Source: Yuukianura sp. NJ FZ-2021 (lineage: Eukaryota). From it: a stretch of 64,000 bases of DNA. Positions 38,590-51,042 of this stretch are shown here, piece after piece. The position numbers and the translations under genes were made by a program. The stretch is from NCBI GenBank assembly GCA_046563655.1, contig CM102289.1:7750001-7814000 (forward strand), in the 5' to 3' direction. Numbering within the stretch: the first letter of the stretch is position 1; the number at the start of each line of letters is the position of its first letter. The notes beneath the pieces were generated by a model. That model did no database searches and was not told the DNA's origin. It saw only the letters and a program-made list of their open reading frames with translations.

Positions 38590-41482
38590 GCTGAAAAATC
38601 GGATGGTCGACGCATTCACTCATACAAAAAATGAAAATACAGTAGCCAACGAAAGGAGTTCATTTCAAATTGTATTGAAAAATGGTACTAAATTTGCTCA
38701 AACGAAATTAAACTCAATCTGAATCTGTACGATTTCTGTTAGTTTCATTTCTATAGTTTAAAAATTTACAAAAACAAAATATTTGACATGCTTTTTTTGA
38801 CAAATCGTGTTTCCTAGCTAAAGATTTACATATAGGTTTATCATCAGCATCTTCCGCAATATTGTTGTTGTAACCACCAGTACATTAACGCCAATCTTCT
38901 TTTCCCGCCAGTTTCCCCACGTCATTCAAGCTGTGACGCTGACACCAAAGCCTCTTCTCCCGCTTTCACTTTATTAAAGTTTATTTCCATATTATTTGAA
39001 AGAGTTTTTCACTTTCCCTGTCTCTCCCTAAGACATATGCATAAACCTCTTTTCTTTTCTCCGAAAACCCCCATTTTCAAATCCTGACCACCCGCATAGC
39101 GCCCCGCCAAAATAAAAAGTTTCAAAATGAAGACATCCGCCTCTAAAACTGTGACGCTAAGCTCAATTTCCCCTTTTTCATTTAAGTTTTTCACAAAAAG
39201 TGTGAAAGTTTTTGTGCAAAAGAAGCACAGCAAACAATGGAGGAGGGATGAAGTTGTTGTTGACAAAGGAAAGACTCTGTTCTGACACCCCCAAAATCCT
39301 TAATTAACTCAAACACTGTGTATACTGTGTATGTAGAGACAGCCATGTGCTAAATTTCAAACAACACAACTTTCACTATGGACAAAATCAAGTGAACAGA
39401 TGCGGTTTTCCATATGCAGGAGAAAGTGGTTCATTTTGGGGTTCAAATTTGTGGAAAACCAATTCACCAACATACATTATCCTATTTTAGAAAATGTGCG
39501 TTTTCTGTACAAAGTACTTTGTTCGAAATAGTACGGCCGTACCCAAAGTCATCTCGTTCTAAACAACAAGCGGAGCTTTCCCAATTATTTTCATCCCCCT
39601 CGAAATTTCGAAATTTCGAAAATCATTATACTGGGTTCAGGATTCTTAATTGTGCAATTGCGTTTCTCCCAGTTCAACATGTACAGTGAAAGTAATGATT
39701 TCTGCGCAGGAGAAAAATTCCATTGTTGAAATTTTATGAGCTGCAGAATTGGGGAAGTCTCATTAGGAATATTTAGTGCTGCTTTTGACATGTCGCGTGG
39801 CGAAAGCATAACAAACAAGTGAAGCAGAAATCTGTATTTTATTTCACTTTCTCCGGCAAATATGTTTTTTTTTGAAGCTGGTTGTTCTCCGTCTCAAATG
39901 TTTTTCAAATTTTACTAATCATGTTTTAAACTATGTTTAGTTTTGTATTTTGTTTTAAAAATTGATAATGTCCATAAGAAACCGTAGAAAGAGCAGCCAG
40001 CAAAACCTTATTAGAATTTCGACCTCATAATTCTTGTGTGGCTGTATTCAAAAGTTGGCGGCGAGTTGACAAGATTAGGCGGAGCAGTTCGAGCTGATTT
40101 ATCCCGGAACTTTTGTAACACTTGAGTCACCTTCTTCCACGGTTCACACTGTTCTACTTTACTGTTGAAACTTGTTCACAAGGAACACACTGTTGTGTTA
40201 GAAGATAGTAGTAGTTACTCCCTCCAGCAGCCGTTCATCTCCCTCTTGTTTCACAAGGAGAAAGTCACATTTTAAAAGAAAACTTCCCAAGGGAAGACAG
40301 GAAGGATTTTACCTTTACAAAAGCTCAAAGGCCAACAGCTAACCAAAATCCCTAAAAACTTTCCAAAGCAAATCAAAAGAATAGGTTTCGCATTCCATTA
40401 ACCTTATTTCCAAACCGACAGAGAATAATCATCTTAGTTCTAAAAAAATCAAAATCTTTAAATATAACATTTATTTTAACATTTCAAATCACCAAGAAAT
40501 TTTAAACTCTTGAAAACTACAACGGGAGTTTGCTGCGCAATTTTTCTTTGTAATTCTGCAATGTTTTCTATCGCTCAACTTCGAGAACTGCATCAAAGGT
40601 TGAACTATATTATGAAAAACTTTTAGAAAAAATTAGCACGGAATTTCATCATTTAAAAGATTGAGTAACTTTGGGAGTCCATATTTTCTGACAACTGTAA
40701 ATCTGCCATAGGATCTCTACAAATAAACGACTTGGAAGAACTTTTGGTTTGCACAAAAAAAAATCTTTAGGAAGATCTTGTGGAGAAGTGAACATATGCT
40801 GGTCATTTAAACTTGGGAAAGGCTGATTTATAAGTGCGAAAACTCTCCTGTGCTAAGTCCTGCCCTGCGGTTACTTTCTTCGAAAACTAAGTTTATTTGT
40901 TACAGGGAAATCTATTAGGAGAAAACTATAAAAATAGAAAGATTAATCGTGTGAAAATTTACCACACTGGTCAATACGCTCCTCTCAAATTGCGGAATTT
41001 TCAAACAAATGGCGCCCTTTGCAGTATTCTTCACAGGCTAACCAAAACGTGTTTTAGTTTCTGCGTGTTGAAAATGATGTCACTAATGCGCAGTATAGTA
41101 TGAAATCATAACTTTGTTTTTAACTAACACCATGAAAAACAATCCTAACCTTAATTAAAATCTTTGTACTGGGTTAAGGTACATTTTGTACGTCATAAAT
41201 AGTTGTGAAAGGCGGCATAAATTTAGAGGTGACATTGAAAATTTAACGAACCGGTCCAAAATTGTTCAAAAACATGTCCATGATTTTCTTTTTTGCTGTT
41301 TTTTAAAGTTGTAAGTCATGAAGATGATATGCGTGATGATTACATTATTATTTGATTGTTGGATTCCAAGAAGTCCACCTTGGTTTTCTTCTACCTTGTG
41401 TTGCTAAGCAGTGTTCAAAAGTTATGTAAATGATAATCAGTAGCACAATAATGCAACGAAAGACCATGTCCAATGTCAAATC

Positions 41483-41520
41483 TATAAAAGAGCAGTCCAA
41501 GGCAAACCTTCATCTCAGTT
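41483..41520 (+). promoter_or_regulatory. TATA box and initiator of the C2-domain gene
   Basis: TATAAAA at 41483 and arthropod Inr TCAGTT at 41515-41520, about 30 bp apart; ATG at 41554. Confidence 0.7.
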
Positions 41521-41553
41521 GCGGCTGAGTGACTGTGGAGGAAATTTTGAAAA

Positions 41554-43972
41554 ATGGGCCTACGACATCTTTTTTGTCTTTTGGTGGCTCTGGGAGCCGT
41601 CGCCGCTGCTCCTATCACCAAGGAACGGCTCAGATTCAAACTTTCGGCTAGGTAATTTCATAGCTGATTAGCATACTTTTGGACTGATTTTCAGTTTTCA
41701 AAAAAAAAAGTTGAGGTGGTAGCTTTTGAGTCAAAGAATTATAAGGGTTGTAATAATTTTTACACAAAAAATTTAATTTTTGCAATTTTTTTCGTCAGGG
41801 GATTGCCGGATAAGGATAATCTTGGCACCATTGACCCATATGGTAGAAAATATACATTCGCAATTCTCCGTTGTGATGAACTTTTCAAAAAATAGTTTTA
41901 AAAAAATTGTTTTTAATAATTTTTTTTTAGTGGAGGTGTATTACACTGAGGGAGGGGTAGGAAGTACAAAAGAAACTAAATTGGGAGTAACTGATGCCAT
42001 CAGTGACAACGAAAATCCGGATTGGGGCAAAGTTTTTGAATTTGATTTTGACAGAAGCAAAAATCAGGTTAGCTTCTTTCAAAAAAATGAAACTTTCAAA
42101 AAACTTTCTAGTTTCCAAATATGAGAAAAAAAAATTATTGTCATTTTTAGCAATTTCACTTCCTCATATGGGACAAAGATCGTAAGTGATTCTAAAAAAT
42201 TAATCATTGCCAAAATGTAAAACACATAAATATTTTTATAATGATTTAACAAATTGTATAATAAATTAACAAATTCATAGACGCCAGGGAAGATGACAAA
42301 GGAGGACAAGTTTGGGTGGACGTAAACGACTACGTGGACAAAGGGCAACTCATCAACTCCAACCTCGACAAGCAAGGGCAAGTGCCAAAATTTGAATTTT
42401 ATTTTGAAAGGTGCTAATTAAATTTCCGTTTAATTCCAAACACGTAAAAATTTTATACTTTCAGATTTCTCACAGTGAAGTCAGCCGATCCCACCCCCCA
42501 ACAGCAATCTCTGTCCACTCCTGGCACTTTGCCATATGCCCCAGGCTCACCAGAAACTGGAACGCTCACTTTCAAAATCTCTGCCAAGTATGACCTGTGA
42601 CCTTCAAAATTAAAAAAAATCAAGTCTCAATGCAATTTTTTGTTTCAGTGGACTCAAGGACAAGGACAACTTTGGCAAAACTGATCCCTATGCTGAGATC
42701 TTCTACACAAACGGCCTTACGGGAAAACCAACAAAAATTGGACGCACTAACACGCTTTCTAACACGAAAAATCCACAGTGGGGAGAGTCCTTTACGTTGG
42801 CATGGGACAGGAAGAAGGAACAGCGAATCCTGGTCAAAATTTATGACAATGGTGATAATTTTGAAAATTTTCAAAAATAATTTAACGCAAAACAAAATAG
42901 AGTGTGAGTAGCAAAGTTTCATTTTTTTTGCAGATAATTTCAGGGAAGATGACAAGGCTGGCTTAGCTTGGCTGGAGGTCAACGACTATGTCGCCAAAGG
43001 TCAAGTGATGACCGTCCGTTTGAACAAAAAGGGGTAAGGCACTGCTTTAGCATGCACAAAGGTCGAAATTCAAATGTTCAGCAACTCTTGCTTTGATTAG
43101 AACCATGACAATTGCAAGAGCTGACGGTTTGCCGCCAAATCCGTACAACCCAGCACTGGCCATCGCATCACAACAACAACCAGGAGCTCGTATTTCTGGG
43201 GAATACCCGGTAACTCCTACGCAATATGTTCCAGGCCCACCATCTTCCCAGTTTCCACAATCACCGCAACAGCAATTTCCTCAACAGCCGTCTCCGCACC
43301 TAGCTCCAGGTCAAGTACCTCAGCCACAATTTAATCAACAGCCATCCGCTCAACAGTTTCCAGCGTCTCCAATCAACACACAACAAAGAGGTCCACAGCA
43401 ACCGCAGCCAGCCATTCCGCAGTCGCCGGTCAAAGTACAACCTGTAGCTCCAAGAACTCAATATCCAATCAAAATGAGGATTAAGCTCTCCGCAAGGTAT
43501 TAAGCTACCGTTAAGTTAGACTAATTGCAGTTTGAATTTTAATTAAAAAGTTAATTAATTGCAATGTTAACTATTGGCCATTATTTAGCAATTTGGCTGA
43601 CAAGGATCTGATTGGTACGTCCGACCCGTACGTCAAAGTGTACATAACGCAAGATGGCGTTCCAGAAACTCTGATCAAAACTGGAACGGTGTTGAACGAT
43701 AATGAAAATCCACAATGGGAAGATATTTATGAATTCGATTACGATCCTGCCAAGCACCAGGTAATTTGTATTATATAAATACAAAAAATATATTAAAAAT
43801 TTAACTGTTTTATTGTATTTTTTAGAAACTTCGATTTCTAGTTCTGGACCAAGACGATAATCTCCGAGATGATAACCTCGGAGAAGCATTTCTGGATACT
43901 TCTGAACTGGAGCTTAGAAACTACGTCATCCTCAGACTCACGTCAGGGTCATTGACCGTTATGAAAGTATAA
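41554..43972 (+). CDS. Signal-peptide protein with three copine-like C2 domains and a Pro/Gln-rich linker; about 11 exons, about 515 aa
   Basis: N-terminus MGLRHLFCLLVALGAVAAAP. C2-1 FKLSARGLPDKDNLGTIDPYV..DNENPDW..WDKD; C2-2 FKISANGLKDKDNFGKTDPYA..KNPQW..YDND; P/Q-rich exon 43101-43496; C2-3 IKLSASNLADKDLIGTSDPYV..DNENPQW..LDQD. Stop TAA 43970-43972 with AATAAA just after. Confidence 0.85.
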
Positions 43973-44572
43973 GTTTTGTTAACTAATAAAATAATAGTTA
44001 AACAATTTATTTCTTTTTCTTCTCCAACTGTCTAATACATAGTAACTATTTACTAATTTAATAATTATAATTAGTATTTACTTTACTTCAAAAGTTAGTT
44101 TTAATTCTGGAGGTACCTACTTTTTTGTGCACAACCTTGTAGATTGTATGCAATCGTATACAAAGGATTCGAATAATTTGGCAATGAACTTAAACATTCG
44201 AATTATTGCATATTTATTCAAGACAGAATTGTATAGTCTAGTATTCAACTTCGACGTAGTTGCTTAATAAGGACGTTGACTAGAACGGATCTGCACAACA
44301 TTATTTTACTCTGTATATTGATATATACGTAGCATATGACGTACACTTTCTGAGTTCTTTTCCAAGTAGAGACAAATTTTTCGGCCAAAAAACGTTTCGT
44401 TTTGCTAAAACTAAGTTTTTGATGTCAAAACATTTTAAGTTTGCAAAAAAAAATTGGTACGTCTACTAGTAGTGCATAAATGGAGCAGAGAATGATTTCA
44501 AGTTATTTTATATGTGAGCGCAGGTTAACTTGGCCTAAACTGAATTCAACTGAACCTGTTAAGCTAATAACA

Positions 44573-46770
44573 TTATTCAGCTGGTTTGACCTTTTCAATG
44601 ACCTGTGCCTGATTGCTCTTGTTATACTGCATCATGAGGAATCCCCCTGCGGCCAAACTAAGACCACAAAACATGATGAGAAGCCATTTGAGAATTGACC
44701 AAATAGAAAGTGACGTTTCCAGAAGCTTGATGAGTCCTTGATTCTTGGCGTCGATGTTAGCACCTTCTTGGACCCACATCAGTGGAAGGAGCACTGTCGT
44801 AACATTGGCAAATGTCGGCATTGCTGGCCACTGCTGTAGTTGCATGTTGAACTGAAAGCGATGTTTTGCTTCCAACGTTGCGGCTGTTTTCTACAGAAAG
44901 ATTTTAAGAGTCTCAATTAATTTCTTTCATACAAATTTCAAATTTTGAAATAAATTTAAAAATTTTGAATGTACCGGGTGAATTATGACGTGTCCAGGAT
45001 GATCGTGTTCATTCGGGCGCATTCCTTCTACACCCTCACGAAACTTCGGATCAGCATCAAGAAAATGCGGTTGTGAAATTACCAGCGGCGCGCCTGTTCG
45101 AAAGTGAATTTTTGTTTTAATTGAAAAACTTTTTTTTAATTGTCAAAATTTGAAAAAAAAAACCTTCAACACAGGGTGCAATGCTCATAATGCCGTTGGA
45201 CGTGGTATCGCATTTGCTGCTGTTTTTCTCAGGACAAAAGCACCAATTGTCCGGATTTTTTTCAATACTTTGATAAATACTTGGCGCCATTTTGTATTTA
45301 AAAGCATTTATTCCTTGGTATTCCACATTTCCTGCGTACTCATATCTCAAAGTACGACACATTTGTGGAATGAAAAGCTCCAAGGGGGTCTCTGTCGTCA
45401 AAAATGGTCTGTGCATCATACCATCCGTCCCTGTTCCAAAAATTTCCAAAAATGTTAAATTTTGAACTTGAGTTTTCCAAAATTTTGAAATTTGAACCAA
45501 CCGTTGATGGCGTTACAACTATCGCCTTTCCAAACAGTCATTGCTTTCTTGCCATTGTAACTTTGAATTCGAGTGAGATCTTTTGAATTTGACTTTCCAG
45601 AAAGTACTACCCAGTTCCCATCACTGGATCCATTTTTCTAAAACACAGAAACGGGAAATTGAAAATGAGTTTCTAAAAAACAAGTTTTTTTTTAGTTTTT
45701 GGAAATTTACTCCTTTGAACAGTCCCATTTTTCCATCAGCGATCATTTCAGGAACGTGGACTTCTCCGGCAGCTTCAACCATTGGATCCTTCAGGAGATC
45801 CAGAAATGCCTGGACACTGAATCCATCAAACATGAATTCCCGCACAGTGTGTGTTTTCACAAGCGTTTCGCCTTTTTCAGACAACATTGAGTCCAGTGTC
45901 TCCAGCATGAATTCCACATCAGTAAAGTCGTGTGCCATTTTGGCAACGGCCTTTAGGAACAGAATTTAAAAATTTAAAAGTTGAACTTCATGTGTCAAGG
46001 TTAAGCTAACATTTGAAATTGAGTTAGAATTATTTTGTGTTTCGTTTTAGATTAAGTTGTTACGTTAATCTGTTTACCACAAATGGAATATTGATGAATG
46101 TGATGACATCTTCATCACTTCCAGAGGACATTTGCGGTTGAAAGTAGTACCTGTGGATGTTATCGTACCGAAGTGTGTCAGTAGCTTCGTCAACAGTTAT
46201 ATTAACTTTCTCGAGGGTTTCTCTGTATGCACATACAAAAAAAAACAGAAAGAGTTTCTGAACTTTTGGAAAGTTTTTCTGAGAATAGAATCCGAAAATG
46301 TTGAATTATAAATGCAATTTGTCGAAATTTTGTATAAGTTTTTGAATTAGGTTGTTTTTTAATTAAACTTAACGATTGTTGTGACCTTTGAACTTACAGG
46401 TAAACATAAGGTCCGAGTTCATCCAGAATTGGTTTAGCACCAAATTTGATATCTTCTGGATTCGTTATGTTAAATATTCTGAGTCTCATGTAGATTGGAA
46501 CCGGTGGGACTCTCCAAATTTCGAAAGTGTCACTTCCTTTAATAATTCGAAGTTGCTAAAAAATCAGAAAACAATCGCTTAGGAATAAAGCCTTATGCAT
46601 TTTGTCCAAAATTGTCAAGTTTTTAAGTAAGATTTGAAATTTGGAAAATATTTTACCTTGCCTACACCAAAATTAACAATCCATTCGAGTCCTCCAAGTG
46701 CCAATGGAAAAAGTACCAACAATCCTCCACTTCCGCCACCGAGCAACAACATCCAAATGATTCTTGGCAT
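44573..46770 (-). CDS. CD36 / scavenger receptor class B family protein (SR-BI/SNMP/croquemort-like), about 8 exons
   Basis: N-terminal TM (MPRIIWMLLLGGGSGGLLVLFPLAL), WRVPPVPIYMRLRIFNITNPE, LGPYVYRE, GTDG..RPF, NPDNWCFC, GAPLVISQPHFLDADP, LLPLMWVQEG and C-terminal TM (WLLIMFCGLSLAAGGFLMM). Confidence 0.92.
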
Positions 46771-48804
46771 TTTGCACAAAAGTTTAAGTTTTTTTTCTTT
46801 GTCAAATTCTCAATTCTAATTGTAATTTTTGATTTCAAATTTTTACACTACTAGTAGCAAAATCAAAATTTCAAAGTTCAGAACTTTTGAAACTTATGCA
46901 ATGCAGGCTAACGTCAACAAACGGAAGTGACCTATAAATTAGAATTTTTTCTTTGGAAATTTCTTTAAGTAGCCTTTGTTCCAAACAGTTTGAAGTACGT
47001 CGTTCAATTGCCAAGTTCTAATTTCGAAGGAGCTAATGTAATATTTTGTGCAAGCTAAGGATTGCTATGTTAGATAAAAATTTAAACAATTTCGAAAAGT
47101 AATGGAAATTAAATATTCAGTCTCAGAAAGTCCGAATACTGGGAAAGTGGGTTGAGGCATTTCAAAATTTTGAGAAAGGAAGAATTTCAAGGTCAATTGA
47201 AAACTGGAAAGAGGAGGGTTTTGCATTCAAGTTGAAATAAAATATAGATTATTGACATTTAGGCAAATTTAGCCTTAACCTTATTCTTCTTCTTCAAAAC
47301 ATAACTGTTAGTAGAATCTAAATGAGAAATCTAGGATTGCTGTTTTCGAAAATTTTGTATCCACCAAAATTTTTGGTTAAAAGTTCCGAGTTTTTCAAAA
47401 TATGAAATTTTTAAACCCACAACTTCTTACGAAACCAATGCCACCAAATGGGTGTTTCTCAATTTAAAGTCCAAAATTTACCAAATGCTTAAAATAGACA
47501 GTATTATTTTTTTTTGGCCTGCATAAAAATGCAGTGCTTTTCTTAAAAGCTTTTTCTAAAATCCTTTGCAAAATGTGTCTCAACGGTCACATTCTTTACT
47601 CAATTGAAATTGATTCTTTTTTTGTGTTTGCATAAAATTGAATTTTAGAATTCAAAATATAACGGCGCCCTCTGGAACCAAAAAAATAGAATCTATGTTT
47701 CTTGTTCATTGTCTGAAAGTTGACGCTAACGACAGCGCCACCATTGATGTTTCGAGCGTTAGCCAATCCGAGAGCTTCTTCGTTTCTAGTCAACAGATAA
47801 TAACTTTTAAACCTTTTAGAAAATGTAACCAGAGAATTCTAGACTTCTAATGAAATTTTAAGATTTAGAGGCTCAAGGGATTTTGTCTTTTCTAAAAGTT
47901 TTTCCAAAAAGTGAAAGTAACCAAAAAACCTTGAAAGAAAAGCTTCTATTTGCTTTTGTTTTGGTTCGGAGGAGACACTGTAAAGCTCCCCCTCACTTTT
48001 TTAGTTAGCTTGATTCTAAAATGTAACCTAAAGACTTTTGGACTAGATTTGGAGAGAAAGTTGAAATGAATTGGATTAGGTGCTAGGAAACCACTTAAGG
48101 ATCCAGCTCACATTTCCCGGGCAATTAAAAGGCTCCGCTGGATTGAACCAAATGATCTTTGACTTGGAACAGACCGAGGCCTGCATAAGGTAAACCCAAG
48201 TGCCCTAACCTATGTGTTTCCAGAGCAATTTCCTGGAACACTTCCTTTGACATGGAGACTTAAGTGACAGGTTTGGAAGAAGAAAGGGTCTCGGGGGACC
48301 CTGTGGCTTCACCACCGTGAAATTGCATGCCAAAGAACTCCTCTTCCTAATCCAATCTCTCCCCCCACCAAAACAATAGTTTTAACATTCTGCGGTGTTC
48401 CCAATGCATATTCAAGTGACTTTCTTTTTCAATTTAACTTCAGAATACCATTGGAACACCAAAAAAAAAGGCGGCAAAGCAACGCCAAGAATCACGAGGT
48501 CAGTGATCTCTTTTTACAAAGTCTAAAATTCTATTTCAATTCTGAAAAAAAAATTAAATTTTAGTACTGTATTTCATTTTATGTAATTAGCTTAATTGCT
48601 AACTTAATTTACAATTAATGGTAAATCCACGCCTCTTTCAGACATTCAACTTATGTGTACAACTAAAGTTCTAAAAACAAATTCTACTAAAATTTAACAA
48701 CAGGCATAACATTTGCAAAAATTACAAAACTTCTTTTAAAAAAAAAACATGCAAAACAACGCTAAACGCAGTTTTTAGGTAATTTTAGCCTACGAAAATT
48801 GCGT

Positions 48805-49294
48805 TTATCCAAAGACGTTATGGAAAGATTGCGATGGATGTTGAGCAGCATGAATGAATCTGTTGACCACTTCTGTCCATAACTGCGGAAAGTTCCTCTG
48901 CACATGCGTAATGACACGACGGACTTGCGTTTTTACGTTTCTGTCACATCCAGGGCATTGACCTCTGAGGACTTCAGGAACCAAACCTGAACAAAAGACC
49001 CCAATGTACTAAAAATTGGATGTTTTAGAATTTTTTGAACTTTTTCAGAAATTTTTGAAAAAACTTACGTTTCAAATGTCTTCCATGGTTGTCACAAGGT
49101 GCTTTGTCCAGAACACAATTGATGACAGACATGACGAATCCTCTGTCTCGCAGCATCCTATCGACAGCCAAATTTTGCAAAATGCTTCTCTGGTTCCTCA
49201 GTGGACCGAAATCCAGCACACGCCTTCTGTGTGATCCACCATTTGAAAATCCCGCCACAATCAAAACGCCAAAAACGAAAACCAGTAGCTTCAT
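48805..49294 (-). CDS. Chemosensory protein (CSP, OS-D/A10 family), 2 exons
   Basis: Signal MKLLVFVFGVLIVAGFSNG. Four-Cys pattern C-X6-C-X18-C-X2-C in CVLDKAPCDNHGRHLK|RLVPEVLRGQCPGC. Intron about 48988-49068; reverse-strand TATATAAA near 49485-49492. Confidence 0.92.
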
Positions 49295-51042
49295 TCCTGC
49301 TGGGCCCAGAAAAGAGAAAGCGCCAAAATTCAAAATATTGTGTTAATGATTCCGAGCCAAAAAAGATTTTGAATCTCCAAAAAGTTTCGTAACACGCAAA
49401 CAGTCTTGTACACTTTCGAATACTGAACGTAACTTTCTTATGAAGGAGTGAGTGAACTGTTTGTAATTATAAGCTCATCGTACGTTTATATAATAAGAAA
49501 TGGCCGGATATCAGTGAAGGGCTGCTCCCTTCATCTCTTAACTATTAAATCACTTAAGGAATTAATGAAATGCACAACACGTCATCATCACCCAACCAAA
49601 GAAGATCTGATCTCGATGAGAGGAGAAAGTCTTGGGAAGTACAGGACTAAATGTTGAAAGATGTGATAATAATCGACGTTATATGAATTTGCTCATATCT
49701 CTCCAACCTTAAAATTTTGAACGTACGCAAGTTATTCATGTTAGGCTAAACGCTTGGCCGGATACAAAAACTTTCCAAGTATAATTGCGCTAATAAGAGA
49801 GACAAATGACGCTCTACTCAAAATTTTCTTGGAAAAGTATCACAGGATCTTCAAATTTTGAAATCAAAAAAATCCCGCTGAAGTTCCTGAATCGCCAAAA
49901 TTAATGCAAATTGATGTGGCTAAAAATACTCAAACGCATGCTCATTTACGAGAAATTTTTTCGGGAAAAATTACCCAAAAAACGGTACAAAAAACAACTG
50001 CAGAAAAAAAATTTTCGTTTTTTTTTTCTGTATTGAGGGCTTGGCGAGAATCAAATCAAAATTTTGTAAAACGTAATTTTAAAACTCCAGAATAATTGCC
50101 GATATTTTTTGTTACAAAAAGCAAAATTTCATACCTGAAGTTGTGTCCAAATTCAAAATTTGCAATTTTTTTTGCACGTTGAGTTGAAATGAGTCCTGCT
50201 TGGCCTGAGACTTGGACTAGTGGACTACAGGAGCCTAAGTGGGCTACTGGGCCACTTCATTTCCTTTGACTCCCTTTGTAACATTGGCAAGATCAATGTT
50301 AAGGCTCCCTTTGGTTAATGCCTAATGCATTTCGCATCTTCTTTAATTTGCACCTCTCTCTACATACTACATACGTGTACCAAGTGGCAACTTCAACACC
50401 TTCCGGTCATGGTCGCGAAAAAAAAAGTTGAACATTACTGTACACAAAACAATACAATTTTTAAAAAGTAATTTGCTGTGCTTTAGGCGTTTCTCTTCGG
50501 AAGATGCATTCCTGCTGAGCCACCGTAATTTGTTTCATATTCTTCCATTGTTGGCTAAATAATCAAGCAAATTGCAGTTTGGTTCATCGTCCGGAATTTG
50601 CTTTGTTCCGACATCAAAAACATTGTGCATTTTTTGATTCGTTGAACATGTAATTTTTAGTTTTTTTACCTGTATAGAGTTACGTACTTTTCGTGTTGGC
50701 TTGATGGAAATTATGGTCGATTTTTACACTGAATAAAAAGAATTATGAAGAGGGAAATCTGACAGAAACCTTGCAAAACTGGTAGGAATTTTATTTTAAT
50801 TGGAAAGGCCAAATAGAAAACAAAGTGAAAGTTTTGTACTGAAAAATCAGGAAACTTTTCTGTATAAATCAAAAATAAGAATTTAAATATAAATAATTTT
50901 TGCCTTAACCTAAAATATCAAAATAAGTTTGAAAAGTAAAAACAGAACGCTGAAGTCGAATTGACAAGTAAAACTCTATAACGAAACACATATTCAGAGG
51001 GCATTCTAACGATAAGTTAAAATCCAAAGAAAATTATCACTG

